Shown piece after piece: positions 7,572-16,194 of a stretch of 34,950 bases of DNA. Location: contig JBQTJP010000196.1 of NCBI GenBank assembly GCA_052386995.1, positions 1 through 34,950 of the forward strand, read 5' to 3'. Numbering within the stretch: position 1 is the stretch's first letter; each line of letters opens with the position of its first letter. A program made the position numbers and the translations under genes. The stretch comes from Armatimonadota bacterium (GTDB taxonomy: Bacteria; Sysuimicrobiota; Sysuimicrobiia; Sysuimicrobiales; Humicultoraceae). The notes under the pieces are model-generated. The model was given only the letters and a program-made list of their open reading frames with translations, did not search any database and had not been told where the DNA came from.

Positions 7572-9824
7572 TCACCGCCCGCTCTCTCCTCCTGCGGGCG
7601 CCGGCGGGGTACGCGCGTGACGGTCCGGCTCGCGCTCCCTTCTCATGAGCTGCAGCGCCGCAACGAGCGCGAGCAACCCGACTCCCAGCACATCGCCGCG
7701 TGGGTCATGAAAGATGAGGGCCAGCGCGGAAACGACCAGCAGCAGCCGATCGAGCAGCGTCGCGACGGCCAAAAAATATCCCGACACCGCGGCCGCCAGC
7801 GCGACCACCCCGACGACGGCCGTGGCCGCGGTGACCACGATCTCGCTCAGACCCGCGCCCTGCAGCAGGATGGTGGGTGAGTACACGAACATGAAGGGGA
7901 CGATGATGCCGGCGAGCGCAAGGCGCGTCGCGGTCCATCCGGTCGCGAGCGGATCGCTCTTGGCGATCCCGGCGGCGGCGTACGCGGCCAGGGCATCAGG
8001 CGGCGTGATGTCGGCCAGGACTCCGTAGTAAAAGATAAACATATGCGCGGCGAGCGGCAGCACGCCCATCTGGATCAGGGCGGGCGCGGCGATGGCCGCC
8101 AGGATGATGTAGGTTGCGGTCGTCGGGATTCCCGACCCAATGATCAGACACGCAACCATGGTGAAGACGAGTGTCAGGAAGAGGATATTCTTTCCGAGCG
8201 CGACCGTAATGCTTACGATCGCCAGGCCGAGCCCCGAGAGCTGTATGATGCCGATGAAGATCCCGACGACCGCCGTGGCCACGGCTACGGACAGCGCGAG
8301 GCGCGTGCCGTGTACGAGCGTGTTCCAGATGTCGGCCGGCCAGCTCAAGAGCCGGCGCTCGCGCCAGCACGTGATGACGTGCACGCCGGCGGCCCAGACG
8401 ATGCCCCAGAAGGCCGAGCGCGCCGCGCTGTCGCCGTGGAGCAGTGAACTGACGAGGATGACCAGGGGCACCACCAGATAACCCTTGCGCCACAAGATCG
8501 GCCCGAGGCGTGGGAGCTGATGCCGGGGGATGCCGGCGAGACCCAGGCGCTTCGCTTCGAAGTGAATGATGAGGGCCAGCGACAGGTAGAAGAGGGCCGC
8601 GGGGATGGCCGCGGCTTTGACAATCGTCAGGTACGGGATGCCCAGGAATTCCGCCATTACAAAGGCAGCGGCACCCATGACGGGCGGGACAATCTGGCCG
8701 CCGACGGAGGTGGCGGCTTCGACGCCGGCGGAGAACTGCGCGCCGTAGCCCAGGCGCTTCATCAACGGGATGTTGAACACACCGTCGGCCACGACGTTGG
8801 CGACGGAACTTCCGGAGACTGTGCCGATGAACGCGCTGGAGAGGACCGAGACCTTCGCGGGACCACCGGTCATCCATCCCGCGATCGCCATGGCGATCTC
8901 GACGAACAGTTGGCCCAACCCGGTGCGTTCCAGAAATGCACCGAGCAGCACGAACAGAAACACAAAGGTCGCCGACACGCCGATCGGAATCCCAAAGATG
9001 CCTTCTGTGGTGAAGAACGTCTGCTCGATCACCCGCTGCGGCGAGATACGCGCGATGGCCAGCACGCCGGGCAGGTACTGCCCGATAAACGGATAGATCA
9101 GGACTGCACCGGCGATGATCGGCAGGATGGCCATAAGCCGCCGCCCAGCCTCCAGGACCGCGATGATCCCGAGAACCCCGATGACGAGGTCGGCGGTCGT
9201 CAGAGTGCCGGCACGCAGCGTGAGCGGCGTGTGGTTGACGAAGAGATAGATCATCGGGGCGACGGCCACCGCGGCGGTGAGCACGTCGATGAACCGCACC
9301 GGCGAGGCAGCGGCACCCTTGCGGCGCATCGGGTAGAGCAGGAACACCAGCGCCATGACGAAGGCCACGTGCAGCGAGCGCTGGCGCAAGGCCTCCAGGG
9401 TCCCCCACCGCGCGGTGTACAGGTGGAACAACGCCATGGCCACGGCGATCCCTGACACGACCGACGCCCAGATGCCTGCGAGCTGGCGATAGTTGTATTC
9501 CGGCTCGGCCTCGCGGAGGATCCGCTCGACGTCCTCCGCGGGGACGGTCTCGATGGGCGCCGGCGCATCTGGGATGAGGGCGGATGGTGCCGCTATCTCA
9601 ACGGCCGCGGGCTGCGGCGCCAACGTGGCGGGCTCCAGAGCGGTAGCGGCGGGCTCGGCGGGTTCCGGTGCCACGGGCGTCCTCATTTCAATGGCACTGA
9701 TCGCGTTGCCGGGTGCAGCCGACGCCGAGACGACCGGCTCCACGGCGACCGCGGCCACGGGCTGCTCCTCATCGGACGGCCGGCCCGGGCGTCTGGGCGC
9801 CAACGGCATCTGGTTGTCTTTCAC
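7572..9824 (-). CDS. TRAP transporter 4TM/12TM fusion permease
   Basis: EGIFGIPIGVSA, GGPAKVSV, SGSSVANV, GGQIVPPVMGAAAFVMAE, GIPTTATY, ADITPP. GTG start overlaps the dgkA stop (GTGA). Confidence 0.95.
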   Translation of the reverse strand: MKDNQMPLAPRRPGRPSDEEQPVAAVAVEPVVSASAAPGNAISAIEMRTPVAPEPAEPAATALEPATLAPQPAAVEIAAPSALIPDAPAPIETVPAEDVERILREAEPEYNYRQLAGIWASVVSGIAVAMALFHLYTARWGTLEALRQRSLHVAFVMALVFLLYPMRRKGAAASPVRFIDVLTAAVAVAPMIYLFVNHTPLTLRAGTLTTADLVIGVLGIIAVLEAGRRLMAILPIIAGAVLIYPFIGQYLPGVLAIARISPQRVIEQTFFTTEGIFGIPIGVSATFVFLFVLLGAFLERTGLGQLFVEIAMAIAGWMTGGPAKVSVLSSAFIGTVSGSSVANVVADGVFNIPLMKRLGYGAQFSAGVEAATSVGGQIVPPVMGAAAFVMAEFLGIPYLTIVKAAAIPAALFYLSLALIIHFEAKRLGLAGIPRHQLPRLGPILWRKGYLVVPLVILVSSLLHGDSAARSAFWGIVWAAGVHVITCWRERRLLSWPADIWNTLVHGTRLALSVAVATAVVGIFIGIIQLSGLGLAIVSITVALGKNILFLTLVFTMVACLIIGSGIPTTATYIILAAIAAPALIQMGVLPLAAHMFIFYYGVLADITPPDALAAYAAAGIAKSDPLATGWTATRLALAGIIVPFMFVYSPTILLQGAGLSEIVVTAATAVVGVVALAAAVSGYFLAVATLLDRLLLVVSALALIFHDPRGDVLGVGLLALVAALQLMRREREPDRHARTPPAPAGGESGR

Positions 9825-10297
9825 CGCCCGATCTCCGCCTCGGGTCTGCGATCCCCCCGCAGGACCATCACCACGAGCGCGAGCACAAGCAAGAGCGCCC
9901 CCGCTCGACCCAGCGATTGTGGACTCACGCGACCTCCGAGCAGCGCCGCCGCGGGCCTCCCCAGCACCAGCAGGCCAACCGCGGCGGCACCGACCGCCGC
10001 CACGAGGACACCCGCCGCGCTGAGATCCTTCGCGCGGCCGGCGAGCACATGATGTCGATCACCCACGTGGAGATCGACGAGGGCCTCGACCGCGGTATTG
10101 AGGAGCTCCGCGGCGAGCACGACCGCCATCGCGAGCACGATCGCGGCCGCTTCCACTACCGGCAGATCGAGCCAGACCAACGCAACGGTGATCGCGACCA
10201 CGAGCGCGACGTGAATACGCATCGTGCGCTGCGTGTGGAACGCGTGCTGCAGTCCGCGGCCGGCGAAGTGGAAACTTTGCCACAACGAGTGACGCAC
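9821..10297 (-). CDS. dgkA: Diacylglycerol/undecaprenol kinase family protein
   Basis: SFHFAGRGL, MRIH, ELLNTAVEALVD, AKDLSAAGVL; located after ybeY. Confidence 0.9.
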   Translation of the reverse strand: MRHSLWQSFHFAGRGLQHAFHTQRTMRIHVALVVAITVALVWLDLPVVEAAAIVLAMAVVLAAELLNTAVEALVDLHVGDRHHVLAGRAKDLSAAGVLVAAVGAAAVGLLVLGRPAAALLGGRVSPQSLGRAGALLLVLALVVMVLRGDRRPEAEIGR

Positions 10298-10300
10298 GCC

Positions 10301-10765
10301 TCAACGCTCCGCGCCGCGCGCCTTCTGCCGGCGGGTTCGCGCGTCCATGACCCCTGTGACGATCGCTTCCGCTCTCGCCAGCATCCGCGCCTTCCCTCGT
10401 GGGGTGTCATCGCGTTGCCCGCGCAGGTGGAGCACGCCATGCGCGAGCAGCAACGCCACCTCTCGCCGCACGGCGTGTCGCAGCCGGCGGGCCTGCGCCC
10501 GCGCGCGGGGGATTGAAATGACGACCTCGCCAAGCACGGGCGATCTCTGCCCGCGGCCGGCGGGGAATGCCAGCACATCGGTGCTGCCCGTTTGGCGGAG
10601 GAAACGGCGGTTCAATCGGGTGATGGTCGCGTCGTCAACGAGCGCCACCTCGATCTCGGCTCGAGGCGGGCAGCCCGTCGCCCGCATGGCCGCCCGTCCG
10701 ACGGCCCGCAAGACGCGTCCGGGGACAACGTTCCGTGTCCCGATGGTCACGACGTGCACGCGCAC
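10301..10765 (-). CDS. ybeY: rRNA maturation factor YbeY
   Basis: LN..TDVLAF, LGEVVIS, HGVLHLRG; position between the HD protein and dgkA. Confidence 0.88.
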   Translation of the reverse strand: MRVHVVTIGTRNVVPGRVLRAVGRAAMRATGCPPRAEIEVALVDDATITRLNRRFLRQTGSTDVLAFPAGRGQRSPVLGEVVISIPRARAQARRLRHAVRREVALLLAHGVLHLRGQRDDTPRGKARMLARAEAIVTGVMDARTRRQKARGAER

Positions 10766-10767
10766 GC

Positions 10768-12876
10768 CTACCTGGTGACCCGCGCCGTGCGCTCGCGCCG
10801 GCGCCGCGCAAGCTCCCCTTCAAGGTCTGGGTATTCGAGGCGCGGATGCATGATGCCGCTCAGAATGCGCACGAAGGCCGCGGCGATGCGATCGAGGTCG
10901 CGGAACGTCAGGCCGCACTCATCCAGCTGTCCGTCTTCGAGCTTCTCGCGGATCAGCCGCCGCACGACCTCTTCCAGACGATCAGGCGTCGGCCGCGTCA
11001 ACGATCGCACGGCGGCCTCTGCCGCGTCGGCCAGCATGACGATGGCCGTCTCGGGTGTCTGCGGTTTGGGTCCCTCGTAGCGAAAGGCGGCCTCGTCGAT
11101 GACATCCCCGCGCTCGAGCGCCTGGTGGTAGAAGTAGGCGAGCCGCGTGGTCCCGTGATGCTGCGGAATGAAGTCGGCAATCATCTGGGGCAGGCCGTAC
11201 TCCCGCGCCAGATCGAGGCCGTCCCGCACGTGCGAGGCGACGGTCAACGCCGACAGGCTGGGGGCCATTTTCTCGTGCGGATTCTCGATCCCCATCTGAT
11301 TCTCCGCGAAGAAGGGGGGCCTCCGGAGCTTTCCCACGTCGTGATAGTATGTGCCCACCCGGACCAGCAATGCGTCGGCCCCGACCGCCTCGGCGGCTGC
11401 CTCCGCCAGGTTACCGACCATGATGCTGTGATGATACGTGCCCGGGGCCTCCAGCTGCAGGCGGCGGAGCAGGGGATGCGCGGGGTTCGCGAGCTCGAGC
11501 AGCTTGATCGGCGTGATGCGGTCGAAGATCTGCTCGAGGAACGGGAGGATCCCAATCGTCATGACGGCCACCAGCAGGCCGTTGGCGCCTGCATACCCGG
11601 CGTTCATCGCCACCACGGACGTGGGCACGCCGCCGACCATGCCGATGCCGGCGGCGGCTCCGGCGTTCGCCAGGCCGATCAGCAGACCGGCGACGCCGAA
11701 GTCTGAGCGCCGATGGATCTTGCGCGTCGCGAACACCCCCACGATTCCCCCGACGAACGCCACGACGACCGGAGCGAGCGCCCGCTCCGCCACCAAGCCG
11801 ACGAGCACGGCCAGGACGCCGGCGGAGAACACCGCCAGCCGAGGTCGCAGCAGAATGCCCAGGAGCATCGGTCCCACCGCCGCGGGCATCAGATAGTCGT
11901 TGAAGCGGGGCGCGCCGAGCGTCTGGGCGAGGAGGACCGTGCCGACGACGATCAGGCTCCAGAGGACCAGGTGCCGCGTTGTGGCCCAGATCTCCGGCTC
12001 GTACTGCGCGAGGTACACTCCGGTGGCCAGCAGCAGCAGCGCGATGATGATCGCAACGCCGCCGAAGGCCGTCCATGTCACGCGCGGCGGATAGATGCCC
12101 GTCAGGGCGAGAATCTGGAGGTGCGTTGGGGTCACTACATCACCCTTGCGCAGGATGCTCTCGCCGCGCTGCACCCTCACGCGCACGGGCATGACGACAT
12201 CGTCGGCGCTTGCCCGCCGCTCCGCGGTCTTGGCCGCGTCGATCTCCATCGTCGGCCGCAGGGCCGCGGCGGCGACCTCGCTCGCGAGCGCCACGAGCCC
12301 CGGGGGCAACGCCGCCAGACGCACGATCGACCGCGCGCGGTCCCGTGCCGCCGCCAGCTCCCCATCACGCACGCCATCGGCAAGGACCTGGTCGACCGCG
12401 CCCAGAGCCACGCGCTGCGCGGCGGCAAGGTCGTTCTTCGTTGCGTTTGCGGCGGTGGCTGCGGCGACTTCCGATAGCGGCAGACCCGCCGCCTTCCGGA
12501 TCGCAGACACGCGTGCGGCTGCCGGCCAGATCGACGACGCGCGGACCTGGTCGATCGCCACGAACGCCCGCTGGGCGGCCGCCCGGACGGCGGCAACCTG
12601 ACCCGGGGCCGGCCGCAGAGCGGGCGGCACCGCGCGGCGGGCGTCGGCGCGCGCCGCCTCGGTGCGTTCGGTGTCCTCGAATTCGATCGTGCGTGGGGCC
12701 TCGATGTCGCGGGGACTCGGCCGTCCTACCCTGAGGTCAAGGCGCGGGGGAAGGTCGTCGGCGCCGATGATGACCACCAGGAGCAGAAGAGTGAATAACC
12801 CCAGGGCCGCCCGCCTGACCCACTCCAGGCTGGCCATGGAGCGAACCCCAGCGGGAATCGACGTGGTAACTTTCAC
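10768..12876 (-). CDS. 7TM-HD (HDIG) phosphohydrolase, PgpH-like c-di-AMP phosphodiesterase
   Basis: Extracytoplasmic domain plus TM helices, EAPGTYHHS, YYHDVGK, QHHGT, FRYEGPKP, MLADAAEA. Start is GTG 12876 or ATG 12837. Confidence 0.9.
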   Translation of the reverse strand: MKVTTSIPAGVRSMASLEWVRRAALGLFTLLLLVVIIGADDLPPRLDLRVGRPSPRDIEAPRTIEFEDTERTEAARADARRAVPPALRPAPGQVAAVRAAAQRAFVAIDQVRASSIWPAAARVSAIRKAAGLPLSEVAAATAANATKNDLAAAQRVALGAVDQVLADGVRDGELAAARDRARSIVRLAALPPGLVALASEVAAAALRPTMEIDAAKTAERRASADDVVMPVRVRVQRGESILRKGDVVTPTHLQILALTGIYPPRVTWTAFGGVAIIIALLLLATGVYLAQYEPEIWATTRHLVLWSLIVVGTVLLAQTLGAPRFNDYLMPAAVGPMLLGILLRPRLAVFSAGVLAVLVGLVAERALAPVVVAFVGGIVGVFATRKIHRRSDFGVAGLLIGLANAGAAAGIGMVGGVPTSVVAMNAGYAGANGLLVAVMTIGILPFLEQIFDRITPIKLLELANPAHPLLRRLQLEAPGTYHHSIMVGNLAEAAAEAVGADALLVRVGTYYHDVGKLRRPPFFAENQMGIENPHEKMAPSLSALTVASHVRDGLDLAREYGLPQMIADFIPQHHGTTRLAYFYHQALERGDVIDEAAFRYEGPKPQTPETAIVMLADAAEAAVRSLTRPTPDRLEEVVRRLIREKLEDGQLDECGLTFRDLDRIAAAFVRILSGIMHPRLEYPDLEGELARRRRERTARVTR

Positions 12877-12983
12877 ACCACGCCTGCCGGAAGCAGATTC
12901 GTGGGTGTATGCACTCCGGGCTGCTGCACGCAACCCTCCCCTAGTGCGGCACCCTTCGGCGGCTGGTTCCGGTGCCCCTTCAG

Positions 12984-13436
12984 CTATTGTAACGTGCGGA
13001 GGCGCTGGAGGATGACCGCCCGGTCGGACGGCCGTCGCGGTACGACGATAATCGTGTTGTCGCCGGCGACGGTCCCTACGACCTCGGACCATGCCATCTC
13101 GTCGATGGCCTCCGCGACAGTGGCGGCGCTGCCGGTCATGGTCTTAACGATGATGAGGCCGCTGCCCTGGTCGACCTCCAGGACATAGTCGCGGACCGCC
13201 CGGTTGAGCCTTGTCCGGACCTCCGCGCGCGATGGGTTTGCGCCCTGTGGGGCGCTATAGCGGTAGGCTCCGTCGCCCGCGGCCATCTTGACCAGACCGA
13301 GTCGCTTGATGTCGCGCGAGACTGTCGCCTGGGTGACACGGATGCCGGCGTTGCGGAGCGCGGCGACGAGCTCATCCTGCGTGGTGATGGGACGGCCCGC
13401 AATGATGTCGAGGATACGCCGATCGCGGGCCTGCAC
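12984..13436 (-). CDS. argR: Arginine repressor
   Basis: TQDELV, VTQATVSRDI wHTH; GTVAGDNTI C-terminal domain; last gene of the arg cluster. Confidence 0.95.
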   Translation of the reverse strand: MQARDRRILDIIAGRPITTQDELVAALRNAGIRVTQATVSRDIKRLGLVKMAAGDGAYRYSAPQGANPSRAEVRTRLNRAVRDYVLEVDQGSGLIIVKTMTGSAATVAEAIDEMAWSEVVGTVAGDNTIIVVPRRPSDRAVILQRLRTLQ

Positions 13437-13446
13437 GCCGTTCCCC

Positions 13447-14928
13447 CTAGACCGGCTCGCTCGCGGCGAGCCGCGTGACGACCGCCGCTGCGTCCGCCGC
13501 TACCTGATCGGCCCAGGACAGATGAACCGCAAGTGCGGCACGCGCGGCGGCCAGCGCTTCGGCCACCCTGCCGGGCGCCGTCCCGCCCGGGACATCTTTG
13601 GCGGCCACGGCTCCAGCCGGCGTGACCGCGTCGAGGACGTCGGGCCCGAAGTGCGGCGACACGCGGTCATAGGCCTCGAGCGGTAACTCCCACAATTCAC
13701 AGCCGGCGGCCTCGGCCGCCAGCACCACCTGGCCCGCCAGCCGGTGCGCCTCCCGGAAGGGCACGCCACGCCTGACCAGATAATCGGCCGCCTCGGTCGC
13801 CGTGAGGAAGCCGCCCCGCAGGGCCGCCGCCATGCGCTCGGGTTTGAAGAGGAGCCCGGAGATCACCAGCGTCATCGCGCCGACGGCGGATTCCGCCGCG
13901 CGCAGCGCGGCAAACGTCGGCGCCTTATCCTCCCCAAGATCGCCGCTGTACCCCGCGGGAACGCCTTTCATCACCACACCCAGGGTCACCAGGGAGCCCA
14001 GGGCAACGCCGGCCCGAGAGCGGACGAGCTCGAGCAGATCGGGGTTCCTCTTCTGGGGCATCAGGCTGCTGCCGGTCGTGATGCCATCGGGCAACGTAAT
14101 GAACTCGAACTCCTTGGTGCACCACAGGATCAGGTCTTCGGCCCAACGCGAGAGGTGGATCAGCAGGCCGGTCAGGACGGCCGTGACCTCGAGGGCGAAG
14201 TCGCGGTCGCCGGTGGCGTCGATGCTGTTTTCACTGACCTGCGCGAAGCCCAGCAGGGCCGCTTCCCTGGCGCGGTCGAGGGGAAAGCCGGTGCCGGCGA
14301 TGGCACCGGAGCCCAGCGGTGACACGTCGAGCCGCCGGTACGCATCGCGCAGGCGGTCGAGGTCGCGCGCCAGCATCCAGAAGTACGCCAGCCAGGCATG
14401 CGCCAGCAGGACCGGCTGGGCCCGCTGCAGATGCGTGTACGACGGCACCATGATGTCGCCGGCTTCACGCGCGCGCGCCAGCAATGCGTCGAGGAGAGCC
14501 GTCAGGTGACCGGCCACCCTGGCGATACGGTCCTTCAGGGCCAGGCGGAAGGCCGTGACGACCTGATCGTTACGGCTGCGACCGGTATGCAGCCAGCCCG
14601 CGGTCGCCGCACCCAGCCGCGCGACGAGGGTGGCCTCGATGAATGAGTGGACGTCCTCGTAGCCTTCTTCGGCGACCAGCGATCCCGCGTCGGCTTCGGC
14701 CAGCATGGCCTCCAGCTCTCGCGCGATACTCGCGGCCGCGTCTTTGGGGATGACCCCGGCCTCGGCCAGCGCGATCACATGCGCCAGACTGCCGGCCAGA
14801 TCCCATCGCAGGAGCGCGCGATCGACGGGGAGCGACGCCAACAGCGCCGACGCCGCCGGATCCGGGCCGGCAGTGAAGCGGCCTCCCCACATGCGGTACC
14901 GGTCGGCGCGTTCAGCGGACCCGCTCAT
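13447..14928 (-). CDS. argH: Argininosuccinate lyase
   Basis: MWGGRF, HTGRSRNDQV, YTHLQRAQP, GSSLMPQKRNPD, VPFREAH. ATG at 14928. Confidence 0.96.
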   Translation of the reverse strand: MSGSAERADRYRMWGGRFTAGPDPAASALLASLPVDRALLRWDLAGSLAHVIALAEAGVIPKDAAASIARELEAMLAEADAGSLVAEEGYEDVHSFIEATLVARLGAATAGWLHTGRSRNDQVVTAFRLALKDRIARVAGHLTALLDALLARAREAGDIMVPSYTHLQRAQPVLLAHAWLAYFWMLARDLDRLRDAYRRLDVSPLGSGAIAGTGFPLDRAREAALLGFAQVSENSIDATGDRDFALEVTAVLTGLLIHLSRWAEDLILWCTKEFEFITLPDGITTGSSLMPQKRNPDLLELVRSRAGVALGSLVTLGVVMKGVPAGYSGDLGEDKAPTFAALRAAESAVGAMTLVISGLLFKPERMAAALRGGFLTATEAADYLVRRGVPFREAHRLAGQVVLAAEAAGCELWELPLEAYDRVSPHFGPDVLDAVTPAGAVAAKDVPGGTAPGRVAEALAAARAALAVHLSWADQVAADAAAVVTRLAASEPV

Positions 14929-16144
14929 GCACCGACCGCACGAGATGTGGATTCGCCTGGGCAAAGACCTTCGCGGGCAGTCCCCACAACCTGATGAATC
15001 CGCCGGCGTCCCGCTGGTCGTAGACCGCATCCTCGCCAAACGTGGCGAGCTCGGGGTTGTACAGGGACTGGGGCGAGCGCCGGCCGACGGCCATCACGCT
15101 TCCTTTATACAGCCGGACGCGGACCCTCCCGGACACGGTGCGCTGCGTAGAAGACACAAAGGCGTCGAACGCCTGCCGCAACGGCGAGAACCACTGCCCG
15201 TAGTAGATCAGCTCGGCGTAGCGTGGCCCGATCTGCTGTTTGTGGTGGGCGCACTCCCGCTCCACCGTGATCGCCTCGAGATCACGATGCGCCGCTGTCA
15301 GGACGGTTCCGCCGGGGGTCTCGTACACACCGCGGACCTTCATGCCCACCAGCCGGTTCTCGACGATATCGATACGCCCAACGCCGTGAGCGCCCGCGAG
15401 AATGTTGAGCCGTTCCATCAGCGTCAGTCCATCGAGCCGCTCGCCGTCGATGCCCACGGGGACGCCGGCCTCGAAGTCGATGGCGATATACACCGGTGTC
15501 TCTGGGGACGTTCGAGGGTCGGCTGTGTACTGATACAGATCCTGGGGCGGCTCCGCCCACGGGTCCTCCAGGATCCCGCCCTCGCTGCTGCAGTGCCACA
15601 GGTTGCGGTCGACCGAGAACGGCTTGGCCTTCGTCGCCGGCACGGGCACGCCGTGCGCCTGCGCGTACTCGATGGCCTGCTCGCGCGAACGGATGTGCCA
15701 CTCCCGCCAAGGCGCGACCACGCGCAGATGCGGCGCAAGCGCCTGATACGCCAGCTCGAACCGCACTTGATCGTTGCCTTTGCCGGTGCAACCGTGCGCC
15801 AGCGCGTCGGCGCCTTCCGCGAGCGCGACTTCGACCTGGGTTTTGGCGATCAGCGGACGCGCCAGCGCGGTGCCCAGGAGGTAGCGGCCCTCGTAGACCG
15901 CGCCGGCCTGGACCATCGGCACGATGTACTCGTCCACAAACGTGCGCCTGACGTCCACCACGTGCGCCGCCGACGCGCCGGTGGCCAGCGCCTTCCTGCG
16001 GATCGCGTCGAGGTCTTCGCCCTGGCCCACGTCCACGATGACCGCGAGCACGTCACATCCGTAGGTCTCCCGCAGCCATGGAATGGCGACCGATGTGTCG
16101 AGTCCTCCAGAATAGGCGAGGGCGACTTTCTTGAACGTCATCAT
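14912..16144 (-). CDS. argG: Argininosuccinate synthase
   Basis: LAYSGGLDTS, HGCTGKGNDQVRFE, ENRLVGMKVRGVYETP. SD GGGAG before ATG 16144. Confidence 0.97.
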   Translation of the reverse strand: MMTFKKVALAYSGGLDTSVAIPWLRETYGCDVLAVIVDVGQGEDLDAIRRKALATGASAAHVVDVRRTFVDEYIVPMVQAGAVYEGRYLLGTALARPLIAKTQVEVALAEGADALAHGCTGKGNDQVRFELAYQALAPHLRVVAPWREWHIRSREQAIEYAQAHGVPVPATKAKPFSVDRNLWHCSSEGGILEDPWAEPPQDLYQYTADPRTSPETPVYIAIDFEAGVPVGIDGERLDGLTLMERLNILAGAHGVGRIDIVENRLVGMKVRGVYETPGGTVLTAAHRDLEAITVERECAHHKQQIGPRYAELIYYGQWFSPLRQAFDAFVSSTQRTVSGRVRVRLYKGSVMAVGRRSPQSLYNPELATFGEDAVYDQRDAGGFIRLWGLPAKVFAQANPHLVRSVHERVR

Positions 16145-16194
16145 CGCGACTCCCTTCGCGTCCTCAGCGTTCCTCACGTGGTTGAAGACTCAGA

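Noticed and set aside
7996..9408. 470-aa alternative-frame ORF inside the TRAP permease (also 32880-34133 inside comEC and 30778-31746)
   Set aside because: Arg/Gly/Pro-rich off-frame translations typical of GC-rich DNA.
12903..12915. Possible ARG box (TGCATACACCC, sharing 9 nt with the argC operator)
   Set aside because: Only a half-site; no correctly spaced second half.
12900..12985. Glycine or c-di-AMP riboswitch (CGCCGAAGG and GCTGAA fragments)
   Set aside because: Other obligatory elements (GGAGA and CTCTCAGG, or GTCAGCTAAC) are absent.
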